Of a stretch of DNA of 64,000 nt, positions 38,445 to 51,277 are shown piece after piece. The stretch comes from Octopus vulgaris (taxonomy: Eukaryota): assembly GCA_951406725.2 (NCBI GenBank), contig OX597822.1:97154001-97218000 (forward strand), read 5' to 3'. Below the pieces are notes generated by a model. The model searched no databases and had not been told where the DNA came from. It saw only the letters and a program-made list of their open reading frames with translations. The first letter of the stretch is position 1. Each line of letters begins with the position of its first letter. A program made the translations under genes and the position numbers.

Positions 38445-38715
38445 CTCGCCAGCCTCGCCTGGCCCCCGTGCCGGTGGCACGTAAAAGCACCATCCGTTCG
38501 TGGCCCTTTTGCCAGCTCCGTCTGGCACCTGTGCGGGTGGCATGTAAAAAGCACCCACTACACTCACGGAGTGGTTGGCGTTAGGAAAGGCATCCAGCCG
38601 TAGAAACACTGCCAGATCAGACTGGGCCTGATGCGGCCTTCCGGCTTCACAGACCCCAGTTGAACCGTCCAACCCATGCTAACATGGAAAGCGGACGCTA
38701 AATGATGATGATGAT
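38445..38715 (+). mobile_element. SINE-like family B
   Basis: Two monomers, core and (GAT)n tail. Confidence 0.88.
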
Positions 38716-39255
38716 GGTTCAGAAAGCATTCACTTTCCATACTACTTCTGACTTTATATTAGTTAAGACTCCACTGATACTCTTCCTATTCAATCCTATT
38801 CTCCACTGCTAGTAAAATGTCAAAGCACTTTCAACAAGGCCACTAGCGCTGACAAGGCCATTTACCTTCAAACAATGTACCCCAAAGCTATCCCTCATCT
38901 TCACAAAACCTGCCAATCAATCTCTACAAACATCTGTCCCAATTTTTGGAAGCATGTTAAGGTGAACCATCTCCAACACTTTCAACCCTACTTCCTCATT
39001 AACCACTGCATATACAGCTTCCACAAACCAGATCTACAGGAGACTTAACTCTGCCTTTAACGCTCATGTCCTTAAGTAATTTTTTGGGGAAAATAATGTT
39101 CATGTGCTTTAACATTAGCAAAACACCTGGCCATATTTGTCATGCCAATTCTAAAGCCAAACAACCTGCTCATGAGTTTCTTTTGTCTCTCACTTCTCAG
39201 ATTGGTTATTTTTCTGTCTGATCACACCTCTGTAGATTCACACTATCAACTCATA

Positions 39256-39638
39256 TACTCTTTTACTTGTTTCAGTCATTTGACTGTGGCCATGCTGGAG
39301 CACCGCCTTTAATCGAGCAACTCGACCCCGGCACTTATTCTTTGTAAGCCCAGTACTTATTCTATCGGTCTCTTTTGCCGAACCGCTAAGTGACGGGGAC
39401 ATAAACACACCAGCATCGGTTGTCAAGCAATGCTAGGGGGACAAACACAGACACACAAACATACACATATATACGACGGGCTTCTTTCAGTTTCCGTCTA
39501 CCAAATCCACTCACAAGGCTTTGGTCGGCCTGAGGCTATAGTAGAAGACATTTGCCCAAGGTGTCACGCAGTGGGACTGAACCCCGATCCATGTGGTTGG
39601 TAAGCAAGCTACTTACCACACAACCACTCCTGCGCCTA
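39256..39638 (-). mobile_element. SINE family C
   Basis: Full-length copy inside the LINE remnant. Confidence 0.9.
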
Positions 39639-39815
39639 TGTGTCCCAAATTTGGTGGACACATTCTTCTCCTTGTACATCAATAAAATGAACGTCACCAC
39701 CAACAACAACAATGTCCACTCCTATGTGGACATTGCTGCTCTTCATTCTTCCCTCATCTTCCACATACAACCAAGACACTTTACACCAAACCTGAACTAC
39801 CTCCAAGTGGTGGAT

Positions 39816-40036
39816 TAATCTTTTAGCATTTAAACCAGCCAAATCCAACCTGAATATATTGTGTCTGTTTTATGTTCAGACTATCATGATCTGGTCTCTC
39901 ACATCTACCCTACAATGTCATCCTAAAAAGAAACAAGCACATCATCAAAATCTCGAAGCTATTAGATAATGCAAGATTAATCAAAAATGTGAATAAGCTT
40001 TACATTTGACAGAGTAAAGTGAATGCTAAAGAGTTA
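39816..40036. mobile_element. piggyBac-like MITE (diverged)
   Basis: TTAATCTTTTAGC ... GCTAAAGAGTTAA, with a body matching the 7845 family. Confidence 0.75.
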
Positions 40037-40454
40037 ATATATTTTCAGAATTTCTTCTTTAAATTTAGACTATTGGCTTTTTTATTTTTTTAAAGGAGAG
40101 ACCCTACGGTCTGCCACTTTTCAATTTTAATTTCTATTAATATTTTAGTCAATCAATAAAACTCACAGTGAAATTAAATTAAATCAGCCTCGCCATGTTC
40201 TTACATACTTTTGATTTGTTGTATTACAAATACACCAATCTTGGAAAAACAAAGAACAGAGGTACTAGAAATTACTATGGAATTAGATGGCTTGATATAA
40301 TAATTTACTTTTGCAGTTCAAAAAAAGTGAAGCGGAAAATTTACTGATTTATTTCCCGGTGAAATTCATTGCTGATTTTATCAAACAATTACTCCTATAA
40401 CACTACCAATTATATAACAGGTTCTGAACTGAAGTACTCAGGCATTCATTACAT

Positions 40455-40608
40455 ACTCTTTTACTTGTTTCAGTCACGTGACAGTGGCCATGCTGGAGCA
40501 CCGCCTTAAGTCGAGCAAATCGCCCCCAGTACTTATTCTATCGGTCTCTTTTGCCGAACCGCAAAGTTGGGGGGGGGGACAAACACAGACACACAAACAT
40601 ATACACCC

Positions 40609-40639
<31 letters not shown>

Positions 40640-40806
40640 CATATATACGACGGGCTTCTTTCAGTTTCCGTCTACCAAATCCACTCACAAGGCTTTGGTC
40701 GGCCCGAGGCTATAGTAGAAGACACTTGCCCAAGGTGCCACGTAGTGAGACTGAACCCGAAACCATGTAGTTCGTAAGCAAGCTACTTACCACACAGCCG
40801 CTCCTG
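40455..40806 (-). mobile_element. SINE family C with internal deletions
   Basis: Head and tail of family C. Confidence 0.85.
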
Positions 40807-40975
40807 TTATATTTCTATAAATTTTCTTCGTTATAAAATATTTCAGTATTCTTTAAAATTCATTTTAAACATAAAATTTTTCACTACATCTGCACACGTT
40901 ATGGGATGACAATCTAGGTGTGAATTACCTTTAGGGGTAATCTTTGCCAATTGTGTCACTGGTATTAAGAAATTA

Positions 40976-41198
40976 GCGTGCCGGGCGAAATGCTGAAGGC
41001 GGCGAGCTGGCCGAAATGCTTAGCCATATTTCGCCTGTTTCTACGTTCTGAGTTCAAATTCCGCCGAGGTCGACTTTGCCTTTCATCCTTTCGGGGTCGA
41101 TTAAATAAGTACCAGTTATGCACTGGGGTCGATCTAATCGACTTAATCCATTTGTCTGTCCTCTCTGTGTTTAGCCCCTTGTGGGTAGTAAAGAAATA
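40976..41198 (+). mobile_element. SINE family D with a rearranged head
   Basis: TSD GGTATTAAGAAATTA at 40961-40975 and 41199-41213. Confidence 0.85.
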
Positions 41199-42014
41199 GG
41201 TATTAAGAAATTAAAGCTGGTATGAATGCCTTCCACAACCAGTCACAAAGACTGGTTATATCCCTTCAGTGTGAATTGAAGGGATTTTTGGTTGCTATGC
41301 ATCATTTCCAGTTATGAAAACCTACTGAAGTGGTGCATGAAATCATGAAAAGGTTTTCTTAAGTAATGTGGGAATTAATTTTGATTTGTTGATGCAACTG
41401 ATAGAGCTTCGAACCCTGGTGGCCTTAATAATTATCTTTACACATTAATTAAAGAATTCAAACTTGATTCTATGAAATACAAAAAACCACACTCTCTATT
41501 TAGCATGTTCTCATGCTGCTAAAGGAAACTGGCTCCACAGATCAGCATTGTGCACAGAGTCTCTTGCATGGAATCATACAAAATAATCAATAATGGCAAG
41601 AAACCAGCAAAAACAATTCCCGTTTCAGCCACAAGATGGCTAGTGAGAATTAACTATGTGAAAAAGAATTCTTAGCCAATTGAATGCATTATATTTTCAA
41701 AGGGCAGCTTTTAGCTGCAAGAAGTATGCAAGAAAATTACATGTTTTCCGAGGCAACAAATGAACCTTTTTATCACCAACCCTCATTCTATGACAAAAAT
41801 TTCATGTTAATTCATGTTCTTATTACCAGCTTAATAACAAAATTACTTTACTTAATTCTTCAGTATTTTCAAAATTAAATGAAATAAAAGCAATGTATTT
41901 CAACAGAAATATGGTAGCAAAAAGGCTAACAAAGTTTGTGCTGAGTGAATTTGAAAAAAATTGCTGTTCTAAATGCATTGTCTATAATTACAGGTTTGCA
42001 TCTTCATTATATGA

Positions 42015-42354
42015 GCCATCCAGCTTGACTGGTTTCCATGCCGGTGGCACATAAAAACCAACATCCGAATTGTGGCCGATGCCAGCATCGCCTTGACTGT
42101 CTTCCATGCCGGTGGCACGTAAAATGCACCTAGCCGATTGTGGCCATTGCCAGCCTCACCTGGCACCTGTGCAGGTGGCACGTAAAAAGCACCCACTACA
42201 CTCACGGAGTGGTTGGCGTTAGGAAGGGCATCCAGCTGTAGAAACACTGACAGATCAGACTGGAGCCTGGTGCAGCCTTCTGGCTTCCCAGATCCCCAGT
42301 CGAACCGTCCAACCCATGCTAGCATGGAGAATGGACGTTAAACGATGATGATGA
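42015..42354 (+). mobile_element. SINE-like family B
   Basis: Three monomers, core and tail. Confidence 0.88.
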
Positions 42355-42518
42355 TTTAATATCTGTTCTCCATGCTGGCATGGGTTGTGATTTTATGTGG
42401 CACCAGCATGTGTATTTTTACATGGCACCAGCACCCATGAGTCAACAAAATTAGTATCACTTGGCTGAAGAGGGATGTAGGGGATACGACTGTATGCAAG
42501 GGCAACCATGATTTTTAT

Positions 42519-42745
42519 GACGGTTCGAACCAGGGTCTGGGAAGCCAGGAGGCTGCACTAGGCTCCTGTCTGATCTGGCAGTGTTTCTACAGCTGGTTGG
42601 CATTAGGAAGGGCATCAGGCTGTAGTAGAAACACTGCTAGATCAGACTGGAGCCTGGTGCAGCCTCCTGGCTTCCCAGACCCCAGTCGAACTGTCCAACC
42701 CATGCTAGCATGGAAAACGAACGTTAAAGGATGATGATGATGATG
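42519..42745 (+). mobile_element. SINE-like family B with an inverted duplication at its 5' end
   Basis: 42519-42595 is the reverse complement of about 42617-42696. Confidence 0.8.
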
Positions 42746-43199
42746 TGTCTTTTCAAGCACAGCAAACCACCAGGGGTCTCAGTCCTGTGTTGTCCCCTCT
42801 GTGATGCCTGGTACCCCACTTGTGAAAAATCAAGGAAAATGCAATACAAATATGGTGTTTAAGCTTTGAGATGCATATATAAAGAGCCGTTGCACTGTAC
42901 ACTTAGAAATATTAAAAACCTTCAAAAGACAAAGGTAACTGATAAATTTGGATAATCAGATATGCCAGGATATTTACTGATCAGTCACAGCTAGTCATGA
43001 AGTAATGCAGCACTCTAAAGTGTTTCCAAGAGTAAGCATAACAAAAGCTAAACTAGGAAATAGGATGAAAGTGGATCTATCTTCAATTTTGAGACTAAAA
43101 ATTGAAAACGTTTGCTGATTAGTAAAGCCGGGATGATGCATGACCCCAGCATCGACAAAAATGAGACAGGAATAAGAGAATGAAATTCTTGATACACTT

Positions 43200-43600
43200 G
43201 TGCCCATGCTAGTAGGGTGCCAAGAGCACCATCCAAGCGTGATCGTTTCCAGAGCAACCAACTGGCTTCCATGCCAGTGGCACGTAAAAGGGCACCATTC
43301 GAGCGTGGTCGTTACGAACGTCGCCTTACTGGCACCTGTGCTGGTGGCATGTGTAAAAGGATTTGAGCTAGATTGTTGCCAGTACCGCCTGACTGGCCCC
43401 CGTGCCGGAGGCATGTAAAAAGCACCCATTACACTCTCGGAGTGGTTGGCGTTAGGAAGGGCATCCAGCTGTAGAAACTCTGCCAAATCAAGACTGGAGC
43501 CTGGTGCAGCCATCTGGTTCGCCAGCCCACAGTCAAAATCGTCCAACCCATGCTAGCATGGAAAGCGGACGTTAAACGATGATGATGATGATGATGATGA
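43200..43600 (+). mobile_element. SINE-like family B, different subfamily
   Basis: Diverged monomers, core and long (GAT)n tail. Confidence 0.85.
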
Positions 43601-44046
43601 TTAAAACTTAAAAGGTAAGAATTCTATACGATATCATTAAATAATGAACCATAATACATACTCATCATTTCAATGTACACTCTTCCATGCTCACATGGGC
43701 CGGATGTCCTGCCTACCATGAACCCTCACCTGTTTCCAAATAAGGTAATATTCTCCATGACCAGATGTATTTTCATGAAAGTTTGGTGAAGGACACCATT
43801 TTCATAACAGTGACAATTGTTTACAACTATCATGTGATGTCAAAACAAGGATACAATAACACACACACACATGCATACTTACATAACAGGCTTCCTTCAG
43901 TTTCTAATAAATTCACTCACCAAGTTTTGGCTGGTCAATGGCTGCAGTAAAAAACATTTGCCCAAGATGCCACACAGTGGGACTGAACCCAGAATCACGT
44001 GGCTGAGAAGTAAACTTCTTACCAGACAGCCACACCTCTGCACCTC

Positions 44047-44316
44047 AGTGTCGCCTCGACTGGCTTCCGTGCAGGTGGCACGTAAAATGCACCAATCCAA
44101 CCGTGGCCGATGCCAGCCTCGCCTGGCACCTGTGCAGGTGGCACGTAAAAAGCACCCACTACACTCACGGAGTGGTTGGTGTTAGGAAGGGCATCCAGCT
44201 GTAGAAACATTGCCAGATAAGACCGGAGCCTGGTGCAGCCTTCTGGCTTCCCAGATCCCCGGTCGAACCGTCCAACCCATGCTAGCATGGAGAACGGACG
44301 TTAAACGATGATGATG
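44047..44316 (+). mobile_element. SINE-like family B
   Basis: Same subfamily as 16617. Confidence 0.88.
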
Positions 44317-44716
44317 TAAAGATTTTGAAACTTGGGTCTGGTAGCCCAGTCTATGAACAGTGACCTTGAAACCATTCTCCAGTGAGGTCACATCAATCTT
44401 GTTTCCTTCATCATCACAAAGACATACTGCATGTACCAAGGAGACAAACTTGCACTACACCACCCCTAAACATAGTTGAGATGCAATTAAAACTTTCAAG
44501 GTCACTACAAATATACTAAGCCCTTACAATCACTGATGACATCTCACAACAATAAACATAGCAAAGAAAAAAAAAAGTAAAAAAAACTATAACCTCCCAA
44601 ACCTAACCTTACAAGCAACAAGTTCCTGGTACTTGTGTTAACTCTTTACCTTAAAAGAATACTGCCCTCCACATCAGGAATGATTCCACAACTGCACACA
44701 AACATCCTTAATCATA

Positions 44717-44961
44717 TCTAAAAAAAAAATTGGATGAATTAATTGAATAATTATATCCTTTTTACTTGCTAGATCTGGCAGAAAGGGCAGTGCCCATGGC
44801 TTTTACAGGCCATGTTTGATACCATTAATATTGTTCTTAAACCATTGGAATACAACAGCAGCAGGAATCGAGAGCAAGGAGATAATTCCAGAGGACTGAC
44901 ATTCTGGAAAGGAAAATCTGGGAGAAATGACTGGTGCAAAACCTGGTGGCAGGAGACACAA
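44717..44961 (+). mobile_element. 3'-truncated copy of the 26709 Helitron-like element
   Basis: About 240 bp nearly identical to 26722-26957. Confidence 0.6.
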
Positions 44962-45594
44962 CTTCTTCGCCATGCTACTCCAAAGGCCACTGTCATTCAA
45001 CCAAGCCTATCCAACCCAACTGTATCTTCTTGTTACCCATATGATACTTGCCCCTTTCAGAAACCATACCAATCACTGTACAATCTACCATCTTAAATAC
45101 ATCAGCCATCCAGAATTCCCGCTTTGACAATGTTTTTCTTGCAGACATCAACTTCCAGTAGTTCAAGAAGGACATCGACCATACACCAATCTTACCTGCC
45201 GTGTAGAGGCTGTTAAGAATACAGACTCTTTCTGCAATTCATAAGTGTAATTGGTGACAAGGTTGACCAACAAGTAATGAACACAAGTCCTATGAGTGGA
45301 TCTGTTGCTCTCTTTTCTGTCTCAAATTGCTGCTTATAATGACCTAACATCATTAATAAAAATAGTTTTAAATAAAACCCACGTGGTATTAGAAAGGAGG
45401 GAACTTCAGTTTATAAAAGAAAATTTTACAACATTCAAAGACAATTTTATAATCTCTTTAATCAGATGAATTTTTACCTTATGAAAGAGAAACCATTAAC
45501 AACCAGCCATCACATAATTAACATGGAATCAGTAACTGACATACTTTGCCTCAACCATTCAACCAAGTCCACCCAACTGTATCTTCTTGTTATG

Positions 45595-45967
45595 TGGAGG
45601 CGCAATGGCCCAGTGGTTAGGGCAGCGGACTCGCGGTTTCGATTCCCAGACCGGGCGTTGTGAGTGTTTATTGAGCGAAAACACCTAAAGCTCCACGAGG
45701 CTCCGGCAGGGGATGGTGGTGATCCCTGCTGTACTCTTTCACCACAACTTTCTCTCACTCTTACTTCCTGTTTCTGTTGTACCTGTATTTCAAAGGGCTG
45801 GCCTTGTCACTCTCTGTGTCACGCTGAATATCCCCGAGAACTACGTTAAGGGTGCACGTGTCTGTGGAGTGCTCAGCCACTTACACGTTAATTTCACGAG
45901 CAGGCTGTTCCGTTGATTCGGATCAACCGGAACCCTCATCGTCGTAACCGACGGAGTGCTTCCATCC
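45595..45967 (+). mobile_element. SINE family A
   Basis: Plus-strand copy. TSD ATCTTCTTGTTA at 45581-45592 and 45968-45979. Confidence 0.9.
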
Positions 45968-47266
45968 ATCTTCTTGTTACCCATATGGTATATGCAATAA
46001 TTTTTATGAAGGGGTTCCCCATAACATGGAATGTATTTTCAGAATACCCTAAGAGTAAAAAGTTTGAGAAACGTATCCATCTGGACAGCAAGGAACTGAC
46101 AGTGTAAGGATACAGGAACAATGGAACTTCCTTTATTGTAGAACTATTATAGCATACATCTACCTGTATGAAACAATGATCTACTGACGTACGTCGTACA
46201 TATTAGCACCAAGACTAGTAACAAACCATCTTCAAAATTACTGGGGTACAAAACACAATGGCAGGCAATAAGGCCGAATTTACTTGAAATCACATTTTTA
46301 TAGAAGCCAAAGTTAGCCAAGAAACCTTCAACCCTTGACTTGATACAACAAAACACTCACAGATGATCATAATTGCGATCTATCATCAAAATATATAACC
46401 GCTTTATTACCGAATGTAAAGTAACAATTATTATTAAATTGTTATTAAACGAGATCATTGTTAGAATGCAATGGAATTTCTAGTCTGACTGCAAAACACA
46501 CTGAAAACCTTTGAAATGACTCACGAAAAGATTGAATTTTGGCTAAAAATTGCCAAGAAATTCCAAGAAGCTTTTACCAGATGTCGATGAACACATCCTC
46601 TAGTACAGATAGACACTTCGTTTTTGGATTTGCCAAACTACACAAATAAAACGTATAATAATAATAAAACAATATATAATTAAGATGGCCAACTGTATGT
46701 ACGTATATATGTAAATATGTATGTGTATTTATTTCTGTGAAAGGTAAACAGGTATTACATAACATACATACACACCGACAAAAGAGACGACTGAACAAAA
46801 CTGGTCCGTACAAATGTAATCCGTGTTTATTTTACACCTTTAACAGACCATATATATATATATATATATATATCCACACACGTACATAATCATATCCAGG
46901 AGCGAGTTCTTTAGGAGCTCACACAGTATGGAAACATGCCAATGGAAATGATAATTAAGAATTTATAATATGACGTAAAAGTCGGAGCAGATATAGTATA
47001 GAGTGAGAAATTATTGAAATGTTTATGTCAACTTGGTAAAACTCCATTAAATATGTAATTATGTAATTTCATTGAAAAACTAAAAGAAAAAAAAAAGGGA
47101 AAAAAATAAAACGTTTCATTTAGTGGATATTGAATATTAAACCGGTTTGAAGATCTCAATAATTTCAGTTAACCAGCATATTTAGGGAGACTAGATGATA
47201 ATCATATTTCTATGGCTTAATTTTTTTTAAAATTAAAAACTTCATACGAAGGACAAGGTTCTCTAG

Positions 47267-47285
47267 ATGTGTGTGTGTGTGTGTG

Positions 47286-47324
<39 letters not shown>

Positions 47325-47327
47325 ATA

Positions 47328-47368
<41 letters not shown>

Positions 47369-47730
47369 CTATATATATATATGTATCTATCTATATATAT
47401 ATGTATGTATCTATATATATATATATATGTATCTATATATATATATATATATGTATCTATCTATATATATATGTATCTATATATATATATGTATCTATAT
47501 ATATATATATATTATCTATCTATATATATATATATGTATCTATCTATATATATATATATGTATCTATCTATATATATATATATATGTATCTATCTATATA
47601 TATATATGTATCTATCTATATATATATATGTATCTATCTATATATATATATGTATCTATCTATATATATATATATGTATCTATCTATATATATATATATA
47701 TGTATCTATCTATATATATATGTATCTATC

Positions 47731-47762
<32 letters not shown>

Positions 47763-47833
47763 TATATGTATCTATCTATATATATATATATCTATCTATA
47801 TATATGTATCTATCTATATATATATATGTATCA

Positions 47834-47872
<39 letters not shown>

Positions 47873-47918
47873 CTATATATATATGTATCTATCTATATAT
47901 ATATATATATATATATAG
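47267..47918. repeat. Compound (TG)n/(TA)n/GTATCTATC microsatellite
   Basis: About 650 bp of TA runs punctuated by GTATC(TATC). Confidence 0.95.
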
Positions 47919-48281
47919 ACATATTCATGCACTGACACACACAAATATAAAATTTAAATGAAGCCATCAAGTTACCATCGAAAGCTAAAGATTTCAAGAG
48001 AAAGAATTTATAAGCATTTTTTTATTTATATATTAGATTGAACAATTATGGATTTAAAAAAAGAACTTAATTCCTAAGTTAGCAACACCAGAAATTTTTA
48101 ACAGGAGAGCAAATGGTGACCCAGTTTGAGGTCGAACGGTCGCATATCTTAAACAGAGATGAAAACAGAAAAAACTTGTTGGTATGGGTGTTCTTTCTCT
48201 ATTTGCCTCTCTCTCTCTCCATATCAACCAAGAGTAACATACAGACTTAAAGATAATAAAGAGGACAAAATAGTTCAACTA

Positions 48282-48319
<38 letters not shown>

Positions 48320-48518
48320 GGTAGAGACAGGTTCTTGATTAAGAGAAAGTAACAACTATTTCAACCCTGATTGAAATGACAGGAAGGACGAGATAAAAGC
48401 CGAGGGAACAATCATATATAAGACATATCACTCAAGTGTAAAGTTGGTGTGTAAACCTATTAAACAGCACGTTAATTACATGTATACACAACGTGTACAT
48501 GTGTAAGTGTATGAGCAA

Positions 48519-48566
<48 letters not shown>

Positions 48567-48576
48567 ACATACATAT

Positions 48577-48632
<56 letters not shown>

Positions 48633-48844
48633 ATATGTATGTATCATACACACACACGGTTGTGTAATCATAAAGTAGTGAGCTAATTAAATATTTAAAA
48701 AGTACTTATAAAAACATTGTGTATATATATATATATAAACATTTAAGAAAGAATTCAGTTAATTTAAAACACGGAAACACTCTTTTTTCTAATTTCGTTT
48801 CATTTCTGGATGGTTCCGTGTGCAATATCTAACGTGAGTGCATA

Positions 48845-48892
<48 letters not shown>

Positions 48893-49042
48893 ATATATAT
48901 AATTACATACACATACCTTCAAAGTTTTAGTAAGCCGAAAAGCACTTCAATGTTACTCCCATATCTCAAAATATTAGCCCGGGAATAGAAAGAAATTAAT
49001 CATACCCATGTTTGTGTATGTGTGCTTGTTTTTGTGCGTAGT

Positions 49043-49089
<47 letters not shown>

Positions 49090-51049
49090 AATAATTATTT
49101 TCCTTTTCTTTTTAAACAATTTATCTCGAAGCATAAAACAACAATGTGAATATTGGGATAAAAAAAACCTTTGGACAGAAGAAAAAATCGGAGGGCTGCC
49201 CGTGAGACATATATGTATATAAAACCTCAAACAGCAAATAAAGAATCACTTAAAAACATCCACATAGATTTTTTTCACATTTATTTTTTTACAATCTAAA
49301 GTCAAAGGAGGAGAAATTTCGAGGCCCACTTATCAATCATTCCAGTGTAGGTATGTAGTCCGATTGTAAAGTTTATGGACGAAGAGATAAACTGTCGTCA
49401 CAAGATGTGAGAAGAAAGACAGTTAAGGTTAGTTAAATTGCGACAAAATATAGTTCCTACATTTCGATAGCCAACCAGAGTTAATGAGAATGTCTGGTTA
49501 TTTTTTCAAATTCATTTCGAAATAGATAAATATGAGGGGAATTTTGGTTATATCACCCCTTTTTTTTTATCGGTTCAGTCAGCTTAAGTAACAACTTCAA
49601 GAACCTGTCTCAGCATTCCGTGTATCTTATAATGGTCAACAGTAAGTATGTGTGTTTATGCATATATATATGAATGTATATATATATATATATACACATA
49701 CACACAATGTGGAAATAGCTATTATAAAAGTGACTACGCAGAATTACGTTCCCACCATCTCAGAGTAGCGAAGACATTGCTTTCGTTTTTCCTTCTTTCT
49801 TATGAAAAGGCGTTAATGTCACAAATAGTTTAATGAAACAGTAGACAATTTAGACCCACCACAGGAAGGGCTGATGGAAGGAGTACTCGCTAGCGTCCAC
49901 TTGTAAGCCTAAAATGAGACGAAGAAGAAACAAGCTAACCACGCTGTGTGTGTCAGCAATAGAAACCCATTAGAAAGGTCATCCATATCACACTATGGTG
50001 GTTTGAACACCACAGGATGAAGTGTAAAATATATATTTAGTAAGAGGTTACAATTTGGTCATGAATGTTAAGTGTGTGTGTATATATATATATATATACA
50101 AATTGAGACAGGGGTTGTAAATGCAACCCTCCATGTGGTGGTTTAATAAAGTATGTGATTGAGTATTATCTGGTAATTGATATTTGATTTAGATGTATTT
50201 CTCCACTTTCTTATCTTGTATATATATATATATATAATGTGTTTGTGTACATACACACGCTATATATATATAGCGAGAGTGTGTATGTATGTATAAATGC
50301 AATTAATCCTTCAAAGACAATCGCATGATGGCATGATGCAACAACTTTTCATTAATATTTACTAATATTTCTTACACATCACACTGAAGAAATCTCAAAT
50401 ACTGATGAATTTCATTTCATTTACAGTCCGGAAAGTGATCTAGGTACACCTACCAACCAAACGAATGTAGCAAACTGGTAAAAAAAGCAGGAAGGCTAGA
50501 TTATAGACAGAGAAGCATTAGGGTCTTATGTAGATAGAACAGGCGTCAGATTGTAATAAAATATAAGGAATCTCGTCAGCCGGTTCCTATTCCATTTTAT
50601 ACCTCGTGTCTTTGAGAAAAAGTAATATTTTGTCAATATGTCCCACAGCACTGCTTCTGCTATATAATTCTATGATGCAGACGTTAAAAACGAAAGACGA
50701 GATGGATGAAGTCTGGCCCATTGCTACATCTTCCTGCCCACGTATTACTTTGAAGTCCATTTGAACTTATCACTTATACCTCCAGGGCCGGGCAACGTAA
50801 CTGACCATTAGTAGTAAATCGAAGTTGGATCAACCGAATGAATGAATATACCGACCTTCCTTTGGTATAAACAATCGTGAGGATGGTTTTCTGTGAAAAA
50901 TCAATTTTTATTATTATTTGCATTTGTGTATTAACTCGCCCACGACCCAGAGTCTGCTCCCCTCCGAAACCTAACTTTCACTTCAGTCAATTTAATATCA
51001 TATCCCACAGGGAAAAACAAAACAAAACATTTATTTCTACAGCTGCAAC

Positions 51050-51093
<44 letters not shown>

Positions 51094-51224
51094 CAGGGTG
51101 TCCCAAAAAAAATGTATACACATAGTGGTTCGGCAAAAACGAACGATAGAATAAGTACTAGGCTTACAAAGAATAACAAATTTACAATTATTTAAGGTGT
51201 GTATACATTTTTTTGGACACCCTG
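51094..51224. mobile_element. 131-bp Tc1/mariner-type MITE in (TA)n
   Basis: TIRs CAGGGTGTCCCAAAAAAAATGTATACACA / TGTGTATACATTTTTTTGGACACCCTG with TA flanks. Confidence 0.85.
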
Positions 51225-51238
51225 TATATATATATATA

Positions 51239-51277
<39 letters not shown>

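Larger units (their letters stand above)
37215..39815 (+). mobile_element. Highly decayed LINE ORF2 (APE endonuclease and RT), interrupted by younger elements
   Basis: SDFNVNNSW at about 37240 (GDFN-like). FSLYINKMNVTTNNNNVHSYVDIAALH at about 39665-39750 (FxLYIND..HxYADD-like). RT-like remnants at 39000-39240. Confidence 0.6.
41560..43115 (+). pseudogene. Decayed hAT transposase fragments, interrupted by family B copies
   Basis: GKKPAKTIPVSATRWLVRINYVK at about 41595-41665 (TRW motif). SNAAL*..SRVSITKAKLGNRMKVDLSSILRLK at about 43000-43100 (hAT dimerisation-domain-like). Confidence 0.6.

Noticed and set aside
45595-45660. tRNA gene
   Set aside because: It is the tRNA-derived head of a SINE and continues into the SINE body within a TSD.
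47267-47961. 215-230-aa Y/I-rich ORFs
   Set aside because: They are translations of the microsatellite.
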